Of a stretch of DNA of 64,000 bases, positions 1 through 11,716 are shown in pieces (position 1 is the stretch's first letter; each line of letters begins with the position of its first letter). The DNA is taken from assembly GCF_030028105.1 (NCBI RefSeq), contig NC_092374.1, positions 195,109,345 through 195,173,344 of the forward strand, in the 5' to 3' direction. The DNA comes from Mobula birostris. Lineage: Eukaryota. The notes under the pieces are model-generated. The model was not told the DNA's origin, made no database searches, and saw nothing but the letters and a program-made list of their open reading frames with translations. A program made the translations under genes and the position numbers.

Positions 1-450
1 TCATCCTCCACAATATTGAAACATCTGACGTTAGGTTCTTCTTCTTCTCAAACTGCAGGGTGGATTCTATCTTTTTATGACCACTGGCACCAAAGCTTTC
101 CTTTATGTTCAGCTCTCTAATCATTTCGGATTCACTGCATAACCCCCAATCCAGAATAGCGAATCCTCCAGTGCGATTAACCACAAACCGTCCTAAATAA
201 CCATCTCATAGGCATTATATAAATTCCCCCACTTGGGATGCGGCACCAAACATTTTCCCATATACCTGCATATTGAAGTCTCCCATGACGATCGTAACAT
301 TTCCTATTGACATGCATTTTCTACCTCCCATTGTCATTTGTAGACCACATGTTTACTGCTGTCTGGCGAGTCTATATAATCTCTATCATAATCTTTTAGC
401 CCTTGCATTTTATTAGCTCTACCCAATACGATTCTACACCTTTCGATCCT
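1..450 (-). mobile_element. CR1-type LINE fragment (ORF2 APE endonuclease region), degraded
   Basis: Minus strand reads ...ATCGTCATGGGAGACTTCAATATG (IVMGDFN), the endonuclease motif also seen in the CR1 copies at 24.3k and 39.3k. Confidence 0.7.
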
Positions 451-757
451 CTGTCACCTCTTGTGTTGTGCTGGAGGAACTAGGCAAATCAGTCAGCACT
501 CATGGAAATGAATAAACCGCCGAATGTTCGGGTCGCAGCCCTTCATTTGCACTGTAATTGAATAGGGAGGGGATAAAAGCTAGCATAAGAAGGTGGAGGA
601 GGCGAAGGAAAACAAGCTGACGAAGAGTAGGGGAGCAGCAGTGGTCCCGGAATTGGTGTACTGAGAGAATGGCTCACTGAACTCCTGTCATTCTAATGGC
701 CTTTTATGCGTCTGGTTTCATTGAAGCGTGTGTACTTTTGCCCCAGCTCCACTGAAG

Positions 758-1330
758 GAGATGCAAGATCAAGTAAGACCATATGAGCAGCATCAGGCCA
801 TTTGGCCCATCGATTCTGCTCCACCACTCAATCAAGGCTGATCCATTTCCCCCCTTTTCAACCCCACTCCCCAGCCTTCTCCCTGACACGTTTATGCCGT
901 GTCCAATCAGCAAACTATCAATCTCTGCTTTATATAAACAGCAGCACATGGTAATAAATTCCACAAATTCCCCACCCTCTATCTAAAGAAGTGTCTATGA
1001 ATCCCTTTTTTAAATGGACGCCCCTCTATCCCAAGGCCCTGCCCTCTTGTCCTAGACTCTCCCATTTCCGCATCTACACTGTCTAGACCTTTCAACATTA
1101 GAAAGGTTTCAATGAAATCAGCCCTCATCCTTCTAAATTCCAGGGAGTACAGACCCAGAGCCATCAAACGCTCCTCGTATGATAACCCTTTCATTCCTGG
1201 AATCATTCTTTTGAACCACCTCTGGACCCCGTCTAATGCCAGCACAACTTTTCTTAAATAAGGAACTCAAAACTGTTCAGAACAGACAACAAGAGGCCTC
1301 ACCAATGCCTCATAAAACCTCAGAATCACC
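758..1330 (-). mobile_element. CR1 LINE 3' fragment
   Basis: ORF 979-1245 (IPGMKGLSYEERLMALGLYSLEFRRMR..) matches the CR1 ORF2 C-terminus repeated throughout the window, and a CR1-type tail follows. Confidence 0.85.
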
Positions 1331-1399
1331 TTCCCGATATTCCCTTGTCTATTCACCCCTCCATACTAGTCTGCTTCCTTCAATTTATCCCTGAAAGCG

Positions 1400-1860
1400 G
1401 GCAATGTGTAGAGATGCTGCCTGGCCTGCTGCGTTCTTCCTAGAGATGCTGCCTGGCCTGCTGCGTTCACCAGCAACTTTGATGTGTGTTGCTTGAAATT
1501 CCAGCATCTGCAGAATTCTTCGTGTTTGCATTTTTAAACTCACTACTGCGAAGCCTCTTCCGGAGATGCCTACACTGCAGAAGTTTAAATCTTCTCTTCG
1601 ACGGGAGTTCAGTGAAACCATCTCTCACTGCTCCCCATCTGTAATTTCTTCGTCTCTTCAACTTTTCGACCACATTTTGACTCAGACTTGCTATCCTATC
1701 ATTTTGGATCTCCCCCTCCCCCTCCCACTTTCAAATCCCTTGCTAGCTCTTCCTTCAGTTAGTCCTGACGAAGGGTCTCGGCCCGAAATGTTGACTGTAC
1801 CTCTTCCTAGGGATGCTGCCTGGCCTGCTGCGTTCACCAGCAACTTTGATGTGGAGTGCT
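1400..1860 (+). mobile_element. Penelope-associated terminal repeat fragments (GATGCTGCCTGGCCTGCTGCGTTCACCAGCAACTTTGATGTG family)
   Basis: The motif occurs three times here, including a tandem copy at 1409-1468. It recurs at about 2490, 29380 (reverse), 42040 (reverse) and 62140, and accompanies the GIY-YIG fragment at 1.9k. Confidence 0.65.
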
Positions 1861-1869
1861 ACATGTGTC

Positions 1870-2540
1870 CATTCAGATCTCTCCTCACATCCATTCGGCA
1901 CCCAGAACAGTCCTTCCAGAAGAGGCAACACTAATCCGCAGATCTGCTGCTATCGTTTATTGTGTCCGGTGCTCCCAACGTGGCCTCTTCTATATTGATG
2001 GGACTCGTGGTAAATTTGAAGACCACTTCGTCGAGCACCTTCGTTCCATCTGCCACAAGTGGAACTTCCCGCTGGGCAAACATTTTAATTCTAATTCCCA
2101 TTCCCGTTCTCAAATGTTGGACCATGGCCTCCTCTGGGTGGAGGAGCAATACATCACATTTATTCTGGGTAGCCTCCAGTTGATTGCATGAATATCGTTT
2201 TCTCCTTCTAGTATAAAAAATCCCTCCCTCTCCTTCTTCTTTTATTCGCTAATCTGGCTTCTTACTCCTTATCAGGTGCCCTGTCACCTCACTGGATCCC
2301 TCCTCCTTCCTCCTCCTATGGTACACACTCCTCTCCTATCAGATTCCTTCCTCTCCAGCCCTTAACCTTTCCATCCCACCTAGCCTCACCTGTCACCTTC
2401 TAGATGTCCTCCTTCCCACCCCCACCTTTTTATAATGGCCTCTCCCCGCTTCCTTTACAGTCCTGAAGAATGGTGTCGGTCCGAAACGTCGATGGATGCT
2501 GCCTGGTTATTTCCTCCAGCATTTTGTGTGTGCTGTTTCA
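1870..2540 (+). mobile_element. Penelope-like element 3' fragment, degenerate GIY-YIG endonuclease
   Basis: ORF 1856-2191 contains IVYCVRCSQRGLFYIDGTRGKFEDHFVEHLRS, the PLE GIY-YIG signature (IYCIxCxxCxxxYIGETxRxLxxRFxEH) with decayed residues. Confidence 0.8.
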
Positions 2541-5461
2541 GAACCTGACATTCTCCCATTTGTAATCGAGAATACTAGGCATCGAAGGATTCAGAGGATT
2601 GAGACCATGGAGTACTGGAGAATTACATTGTATTTTCTTTGTAACACGTCGACGTTGACATGTAATTTCTCAATTGATCCTTCCCAACTTTTTCGTCCAA
2701 TGTTAAAAAGCATTTCCATGTAAAAATAACAGGGCTGTGTTAATGAGAGATCTTAAAGTCTGCGATATTGACACAGACGCTTGTGAAACTTGTAATATGT
2801 GTCAAGGAACGTTTCCCGAGTCAATGTATTATTTGGTAGATTGAAAACAGGACCTCTTCCTAGTGGACGAAATAACTGAAGTAGCAGTCTATGAGCAAAT
2901 TGGGGTTCTAGGACCAAAATTCTGTTAGTCAAACTGGAGCAGGGGTAATTGTAGGTCGATTGGGTGAGCTTATTTGAAACGAAAGGCACGTGGGAGGCTT
3001 TTAAGAGTGTAATAACAAAACAGCATGTCTTGTTAGGATAAATAAATGGTAAACCTGTCAAAACAAGGTAGATAAGGGTGGGGTAGTGGATGTTGTTTAT
3101 TTGAACTTCAAAGCTTTCGATCAGGTCCTGCGGGGCCGTCTGTTCTGGGAGTTTGGGTCCCATGGAATCGAGGAAGAGCTGGTTAGGTAGGTTCAGAATT
3201 GGCTTGGAGATAGAAAGCAGAAGGCGTTTGTCAGAATGGAGGCTGATGATTAGTTATCTGCCACAGGAGTCGGTATTGGGACTCTAGCTATTGGTGGTTT
3301 GTATAAATCATTTGGACGCGAATGCACAATACTTCAAAGTTCAAAGTAAAATTTATTATCAGAGTACATACATGTCATCACATAAACCCTGACATTTTTT
3401 TTTCAAACTTAGCATATTTGGTTTATAAGCTTGAGGATGATACTAAATTAAGCGGCGTTGTTGATAATAAACAACATTATCATAGATTAAAGGGGAATCG
3501 CAATCAGTGGCAGAGATGGACCGAAAGTGGATTCCATTGAAGGTTTGCATCACCGCCAAGTGGAAACAGGGACGATTACCAGCACGAGGTGGGAAGCAGT
3601 ATACGAGCGAGAATGGAAAGTTGCAGTGGGCAAATGGAACCTGATGGAAGAGAGTGTGGGACATAGCCAGGCAGGTGATAGGTATGACAAGTTGGGATGG
3701 AATCATGGGCAGAGAGAACCAAAGGGGTAGGGATGAGGGAGCCGGGGCGGTAAACTGAGGGAGCAAAAATTAAGTAGACTGGGGAGGAGAGTAACGGGGT
3801 ATGGGTCAAATAAAAATATAAATGTCAGTGTTCATACAGTGCAAACTACCAACCAGTTGGCAGATAAAATACTTTACTTCCAATTCCTCTTTGGAATGTG
3901 AAAGCAATGGATCAGGCGGGGGTAGAAAGGTCGGTATGTGAATGGAAAGGAGAGTTAAAGTGACAATAACAGACTGCCACTAATTAAGAAATTTAATGAA
4001 AATTTGCAGTTTTAATAATTTTGAGAAGCCTTGTTCCTTGTCTAGAATTATTTTTGGAAATGATCGGTGCTGCACTGAAATAGTTGAACTTTTCGAGCAA
4101 GTCATGAGCTTTTGACGCTTGTATCCACTGAAAACACTCTAGAATGGGTAGTCGTGCATTATTTGCATGATTTATAATTGATGAAAGCTCAAGATGAAAA
4201 TATTTATATATGTTTACGCACAATTTTGCATTTCAAATTGCTGTTAATGTAGACGGCTTGCTTGAGATATCAATTTAACGAAATCTCTTCCTCGCATATC
4301 CCAATTAATTAAGGATTCTAATTATATTCCACCTGATATATTTTACTTTAACAGGCTCAATATTCGCTGCAAAATGCAAGATGAATATTCAATTGCATAT
4401 TCTCTGTTCATTCTTTCTTAACGTTAGTTACACGTCCCCAGTTTAATTATCCAGAGTGGTGCTTAAAATCAACTCTCATTCCACGTTTCCGGGACAATGT
4501 GTGATTGACGCGTAGCCAATGAAAAACGATAGGCGCTATGTAAAAGTACTGAAAAATGGACCTTAGCAGCCCATACTTGGGAAATATTCTACACTATAGT
4601 CAAATTGGTGTGTTTTTTGTAATACCGTTTTTTAGGCTATCAGTCCTTAGTTATAACGTGGGCTAGGAGACGAAATTAAAATATGATTGAGAATGAGGCC
4701 CGTCACTTCAGTTGTCGAAACGGGGATGTTGAACACTTTTGTTCCGGAACATTGCTGTTGATTTAATGATCTTTTCCATACCTGATTGAATCTCCCTTCA
4801 ATCTCTCCGGTTCTGATAAATGAAACATCAGTATCCTAGCGAATCGCAGCTGACGGCTAACTTCATGGAGTCTTGGGTCATTGAGTCTCAGGTGACAAGA
4901 TGATCCTGGAACCTGGAAGTACTGGGGCCCAAGTACTTTAAGGACGTATGCGATACAGAACACTGGAGGGTCTTGCATCTTGAGCAATCTCGCCCCACCC
5001 CCCGCATCCCCAAGGGATATTGCTGACATATTATAAGACAATGTCGGAGAGCACTAGGGGAATTGTTGGTCGTTTTAGACCATAATCAGAATCAGGTTTA
5101 ATACCACTAGCATATGCCGTGAAATTTGTTGTCTTTTTAGCAGCGGTACGTCGTAATTGATAATAATAGATAGATGCGATTTACAATAAATAAATAAAGT
5201 AAGGTAAGTAGTGCAAAATTAGAAATCAAAACGTAGTGAGGTACTGTTCATGCGTTCAATGCCCATTCAGAAATCGGACAGCAGAGGGGAAGAAGTTGTT
5301 CCTGAATCGTTGAGTGTGTGCCTTTAGTATTCTGTACCTCCTTCCTGATGGGAGCAATGAGAACAGGCATGACCGGGGTGTTGAGCTTCCTTAATGATTG
5401 ATGCAGCCATTCTGAGTCATCGCTCCTTGAAGATGTCCTGGATGCTATGGAGGCTAATGTC

Positions 5462-6380
5462 CGCGATGGAGCATAAGACCACAAGGTACAGGAGCAGAAT
5501 TAGGCCATATGGTCCATCGAATCTTCTTCGCCTGGTTGATCAATATCCCTCTCAACCACATTCTCCTGCCTTCTTCCATAACCATTCACACCCTAACGTA
5601 TCAAGAATCTATCAAACTCCGACTTAAGTACACCCAATGACCTGGCATCTATAGCCCACTGTGGCAACGAATTGCACCGACTCACTGCCCTCTGGCAAAA
5701 ATAATTCCTCCTAATTTCCATTCGAACTGTACGTCCATCTATTCCGATATTGTGTCCCTGTGGTTCCACTCCCCTACATTCTCCCCACATCCACTCTATC
5801 ACGGACTTTCAACATTCGATAGGTTTCAATAAGCTCACCACCCATTCTTCCAAATTCCAGAGCGTACAGTCCTAGAGCCATCGAAGCTCCTCAAATAATA
5901 AGCCTTTCAATCCGGAAATCATTTTCACCAACCTCCCTTGAACCTTCTGCAACTTCAACACATCCTGTTAGATATAAGGGGCCCAAAACAATATCCCGTA
6001 AGGCCCCATCAGTGCCTTATAAATTCTCAGCATTACATCCTTGTTTTTATATTCTGGTCCTCTCATGTGGGCTAGCGACCTGAAGGTCGTGAGTTCGAAC
6101 CCCAGCCGAGGGAACTTTCCTTGAGCAAGGCACCTAATCACACATTGCTCTGCAACGACACTGGTGCCAAGCTGTATGGGTCCTAATGCCCTTCGCTTGG
6201 AAAACATTGGTGTCGTGGAGAGGGGAGACTTGTAGCATGGGCAACTGCTGGTCTTCCATACAACCTTGCCCAGGCTTGCGCCCTGGAGAGTGAAGACTTT
6301 CCAGGCGCAGATCCGTGGTCACGCAAGACTAATGGATGCCTCTCACATGAAAGCTAACATTGCATTTGCCTTCCTCACCA
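5462..6380 (-). mobile_element. CR1 LINE 3' fragment interrupted by a SINE
   Basis: Reverse complement matches the CR1 RT C-terminus and tail (ORFs 5593-5802 and 5968-6207 in part). Confidence 0.8.
6066..6338 (+). mobile_element. tRNA-derived SINE nested in CR1
   Basis: B-box-like GTGAGTTCGAACCCC and core CCTTGAGCAAGGCAC. Flanked by direct repeat CCTCTCA (6059-6065 and 6339-6345). A partial reverse copy lies at 18437-18580. Confidence 0.75.
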
Positions 6381-8200
6381 CCGACAATGTTGGAAAGTGT
6401 ATGGTCATGCACTTTGGTGGAAGAAATAAACGGGCAGACTATTATTCAGATGGGGAAAGAATTCAAAATGCAGAGATGCAAAGAGACTTGGGAGTCCTTG
6501 TGCAAGACACCTTAAAAGTTAACCTGTAGGTTGAGTCGGTAGTGAAGAAGGCGAATGCAATGCTGGCATTCATTTCTAGAGGTGTAGAATATAAGAGCCG
6601 GGATGTGATGCTGAGGCTTTGTAAGGCACTGGTGAGACCACACTTGGAGTATTGTGTGCAGTTTTGGGCTCCTTTTTTTAAGATAGGATACAATAACATT
6701 AGACTGACTGGGTTCAGAGAAGATTCACGAGAATGATTCCAGGAAAGAGAGGGTTACCCTATGAAGAAAGTCTGGCAGCTCTTGGACTGTATTCCCTGGA
6801 GTTCAGGAGAATGAGGGGGAATCTCATAGAAACATTCCAAATGGTAAAAGGCCTGAACAGGTTAGATAAGGCAAATTTACTTCCCATAGTAGGGGATTCA
6901 AGGACAAGAGGGCACGACTTCAGGATTGAAGGACATTCTTTTAGAAATGAGATTGTCATAAGGCGGTGGTTCGGAACGGGCCCAAGTGCAAGACACAAAC
7001 ACTGAAGCACTAGGGACAGGACTAGGATACAGGGTGAGGTCTAGGACATGGACACGAAAACCGGGAACCCGGAACAGGACTGGACAAGAGAGCTAGAAGC
7101 CAGGGCTTGGACTCCGAGCCAGAGACTGGACAAGGACCCAAAACCTGGGTCTTGCCTCTGGCTCGGAGCCCAGAACTAGGTAAGGACGTGACTTGGCTGG
7201 CAGGCTGGACGAATCTGGAGTCTTCAGACTTGAGGCGAGGCTGGAAACCAGAGACTTGAGGCGAGGTTGGAGACCAGAGACTTCAGGCGAGGCTGGAGCC
7301 CAGAGACTTGAGGCGTGGTTTGGCTAGAGGCTTGAAGCTCCTCCTGGGCAGGACGCGGTGCTCCTGGGCAGGGCGCGGGTCACCTGGGCAGGGCGCGGAT
7401 CTCCAGCCGATGGAGGCAAGGGACAGGAAGGGACAGAACCCACGGCAGAGTAACGGCAATCTGGCCTGACTTACCCGACGGAGGACAAGGGACAGGAAGG
7501 GAGCTAGGTACAGGGTGGCTCCAAGATAAGTCTTCAGGCGAGACGAGGCGAGAGTTACCAGCAAGACAAGGCAAGGCTTCAGGCAATGCAAGGCGAGACA
7601 AGAACTTCAGGCGAGGCGAGAGTTACGGGCAAGACAAGGCAGGGCTTCAGGTAATGCACGGCGAGGCAAGAATCTCAAGGCGAAGCGAGAGTTACCGGCA
7701 AGACAAGGCAAGGCCTCAGACAAGGAGACAGAAGGCAGGGGAAGGGGTACAAGGAGTAAGGACAAGAACAATCCAGCAGCCACGCCCTGGTCTCTGGAGA
7801 TATTTATGCTGCCAGCCCCAACGAGAATCGGCTGCCTCAATTAATGCTCAACAGGAACAGAAGCAGGGTAGACAGGAAAACCTGGAGCAAGGGTCGATGG
7901 ATCGGACCGTGAACCGGAATGCGGACTTCACGGACAGGACCATGACAGAGATGTGGAGAAATTACTTTAGTCAGAGAGTAGTAAATCTGTGGAATTTGTT
8001 GCCATGAGCTGCTGTGGAGGCCAAGTCATTGGGTGTACTTTAGGCAGAGATAGATAGGTTTTTGTTTAGCCAGGGCATCAAAGGGTATGGGGTGAAAGGA
8101 GGGGAATGGGGATGACTGGATAAAGTGGATCAACTCATGATTGAATGGCGGAGCAGACTCGATGGGCCGAATGGCCCACTTCTGATCCTATAACTTATGG
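6381..8200 (+). mobile_element. CR1 LINE 3' fragment split by a solo LTR
   Basis: ORFs 6542-6736 and 6733-7005 are CR1 RT C-terminal. The CR1 sequence stops at 6953 and resumes at 7948 (GAGATGTGGAGAAATTACTTTAGTCAGAGAG). Confidence 0.85.
6954..7947 (-). mobile_element. Solo LTR (994 bp) with 5-bp TSD
   Basis: Termini TGTCA...TGACA and TSD GAGAT (6949-6953, 7948-7952). Internal 26-bp tandem repeats (about 7227-7318) and GGCAAGACAAGG repeats. TATA-like CATAAATA on the minus strand near 7805. Confidence 0.85.
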
Positions 8201-9029
8201 TCTTACCGTCTTATGGACTCAGCCTGCAAGTTAGCCTTCAAGGAATCCTAGTCGAGGACTCCCAAGTCCCTTTGTGCCTTGGATTTTTGAAATTTCTTAC
8301 TGTTTGGGAAGTTCTGTATGCCTTTATTCCCTGTACCAAAGACAATGACCATACACTTCCGGACACGTTCTATATGCCACTTCTTTGTCTATTCTCCTAG
8401 TCTGTCCTTCTGCAGATCCCTGCTTAGGCAACACTACCTGCCCCTCCCTCCACCTTTCATCGTATCGTGAGCTAATGTGGCCACAAAGGCATCAATTCTA
8501 TGATCCAAATTATTGACAGCATAAAAAGCAAGCTGCCCGAACACCGGCTCCTGTGGAGCACCACTGGTCACCGGCCGGCAATCAGAGAAGGCTCCCTTTA
8601 TTACCAAATCTTAACCCCTGCCAATGAACCATTGCTCTGTCCGTGCTAGTATCTTTCCTGGAATACCATGGCCCCTTACAATGCTAAGCAGTTTCATGTG
8701 CGGCACCTTGTCAAGGCCATTCTGCAAATCTAAGTGCACAGTCCCCACCATTTCTCGTTAGTCCATCTTGCTTGTTATTTCCTCAAAGAATCCGGCAGTA
8801 TTTCCCCTTACCGAATCCATGCTCACTTCACCTATTTTGCCATGTGCTTTCAAGTAGCTCGAAACCTCATCCTTACCTTGACTCCACCATCTTCCGAAAC
8901 ACTAAAGTCAGCCCAACTGGCTTATAGTCTCTTTTTGTCTGCCTTCCTCTTTTCCTGAAGTGCGGAGTGATTTTCCCTTACCGTATTGAGCCTCTTCTCT
9001 ACGACAGGACGTGTTGACATTGGCCAGGA

Positions 9030-10990
9030 ACATTGATTGCTCTGGGATTGTACTCGCTGGTGTTCAGAAATTTGAAGGAGAATCTTATAGAAATCTATAG
9101 AATTAGTAAATGTCATTTACAAAAATTGAAAAAGGATGGAGGTCTTGCTTTGCCTAATTTTAGAATGTATTATTGGGCTGTTAATCTGCGATATATGTCT
9201 TTTTGGTTATACTGGGTTGATAAGAGTGATCGGCCAATTTGGGTAGACTTGGAACTAAAAGTTGTAAAACAGTTTTATTTAACCCCGTTATTGGGGGCTC
9301 CTTTACCTATGCAATTAGGTAAGGTTGTTAATTTAAACCTATATCCTGTGATTAAGTATTCTTTACAAATTTGGCTCCAGTTCCGCAATTTTTTTAACCT
9401 TAAAAAATTGAAACTTTGGAGTTTAATTTACCGAAATTACTTTTTTAAGCCTTCTTTGAGTGATCCAATTTTTTTACTTTGGAAAAATAAAGGTATTAAT
9501 TCTTTTTTGGATTTATTTAAAGAAGATAAATTGATGTCCTTTGAACAATTAATTGATAAATATTCTCTTTCATACTCACACTTTCTGCAATACCTTCAAG
9601 TTAGATATTTTTTACAAAAATATTTAAGTAATTTCCCTTACATATTGGAGGCTGACCTGTTAGATACTATTATGAGTATGAATCCTTTGATTAAGGGTTC
9701 TATTGGAAGAATTTATAATTTACTATTACAATGGGATAAGCGTCCTTTGTCTAAGATTAAACAGGATTGGGAAAAGGAACTTAATTTGACTTTTATGACA
9801 GAGGATTGGATGCGGATATTGAAGTTGGTTAACTCTTCTTCAATTTGTGCTGGCCATTCATTGATTCAATTTAAAATTGTACATCGTTATCATTTGACAA
9901 AGGAGAGACTTTCTAAAATCTTTCCTAATGTTGATAGTCATTGTGATAGATGTAAAACTGAGATAGCTACACTGACACATATGTTTTGGTCTTCTTTTGT
10001 ATTGGAACAGTTCTGGAAGTCGGTTTTTTCAACAATTTCTAAGGCACTTAAAATTAATTTACAACCTAATAAATTAACTGTGCTTTTTGGAATAGTTCCT
10101 CAAAATATTCATGGTATTTCTGTATCTGACCAACATGTTATTGCATTTTTTACATTGATAGCTAGAAGGACCATTTTGTTGAAGTGGAAGGATACATCAG
10201 CTCCCACTTTGTCACAATTGTTCTCTCAAGTGATGCTATGTCTTAGTTTGGAGAAAATTAGAAGTCGAACCTTTGAACTTTATTTGGTTTTGAGAAAAGA
10301 TTGTGCTCATTTGCTCGTTATTATCATTTGAGTTAATTGATATAATTTTTCCACGATCTAATTGTAAATTATTTTAGTATATTTTCTTTTCTTGCTGGCG
10401 GTTTGATGTTTATTTTTAGAAGCATTTTGTATGACGCATGGCTCCGGGGTTGTACACCTAATGGGTTCTTTTTTCTCTCACTTTTATGCTCAGTAGGTTT
10501 TTTTTGTTATCACAAAATTTTGTTTTCAATCTTTCAGATGATGGGTTTTTTTTGAGGTATTGTAAGTGTTGTTACTTCGATGTACTCATGTTATTTTTCC
10601 TATATGTACAAAAAAAAGATTTGAAAAGAGAGAAATCTATTGAACATTGAATAACCCAGATAAAATGGCCGTGGAGAGCATGTTTCTTATAATAGATGAG
10701 TCTAGGACTAGACAGCACAGTCTCAGAATAGAAGAACTTCCCTTTTGAACAGATATGGGAGAATTTCTTTAGCCAGAAGATGGCGAATCTCTGAAATTCA
10801 TTAGCCAAGTTATCTGTGCCATGTCATTTCATATGCTTAAAGCGGATGTTGCTAGTTTCTTGATTAGTAAGGGCTGGAAATGTTTTGAGAAAAAAGCAGG
10901 AGAATGAGGTTGTGAGGCATAATACATTAGTCATCATAAAATGCTGGAGCAAACTCAAAGTGCGGAATGGCCTAATTCTGCTCCTTTGTC
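9030..10990 (+). mobile_element. CR1 3' fragment hosting an L1 insertion
   Basis: The CR1-like IALGLYSLVFRNLKENLIEIY at 9033-9098 continues after 10640 with CR1 3' sequence. Confidence 0.7.
9099..10630 (+). mobile_element. 5'-truncated LINE-1-clade element (ORF2 C-terminus with zinc-knuckle region)
   Basis: ORF 9033-10331 carries GGLALPNFRMYYWA and CDRCKTEIATLTHMFWS. AT-rich, with an A-rich 3' end and 10-bp TSD AGAAATCTAT (9089-9098, 10631-10640). Confidence 0.85.
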
Positions 10991-11716
10991 TCATCGTCTT
11001 CTACAGAAATATTCTGCATAGACATCGGTGACCAGTGGTGTGCCTCAGGGATCTGTCCTGGGAACCCTTACTCTACGTGATTGTTATAAATGACCTCGAT
11101 GAGGAAGTGGATGGATGGGTTAGTAAGTTTGCTGATGACACAAAGGTTGGGGATGTTGTGGGTAGTGTGGAGGGCTGTTAGAGGTTACAGCGGGACATTA
11201 ATAGGATGCAAAACTGGGCTGAGAAGTGGCAGATGGAGTTCAATCCAGATAAGTGTGAGGTAGTTAATTTTTGTAGTCAAATATGATGGCAGAATATAGC
11301 ATTAATGGTAAGACTCTTGGCAGTGTGCGGGATCCGAGGGATCTTAGGGTCCGAGTCCATAGGACGCTCAAAGCAGCTGAGCAGGTTGACTCTGAGGTTA
11401 AGAAAGCATATGGTGTGTTGGCCTTCATTAATTGTGGAATTGAATTTAGGGGCCGCGAGGTAATGTTGCAGCTATATAGGACCTTGGTCAGATCCCACTT
11501 GGAGTACTGTGCTCAGTTCTGGTTAACTCACTACAGGAAGTATGTGGAAGCCATAGAAAGGGTGCAGAGGAGATTTACAAGGATGTTGCCTGGATTAGGG
11601 AGCATGCCTTATGAGAACAGGTTGAGTGAACTCGGCCTTTTCTCCTTAGAGCGACGGAGGATGAGAGGTGACCTGATAGAGGTCTATAAGATGATGAGAG
11701 GCATTGATCGTGTGGA

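Noticed and set aside
4161-4168. Octamer ATTTGCAT as an Ig promoter
   Set aside because: An 8-mer is expected about twice by chance in 64 kb. Another copy lies inside the Tc1, and no leader or V exon follows.
6085-6110. tRNA gene
   Set aside because: Only a B-box-like SINE head, with no complete cloverleaf.
7227-7320. Regularly spaced 26-bp repeats resembling a CRISPR array
   Set aside because: Head-to-tail tandem units without unique spacers, inside a eukaryotic solo LTR, with no cas genes.
9033-10331. 432-aa ORF as a host gene
   Set aside because: An L1 ORF2 C-terminal fragment bounded by a TSD.
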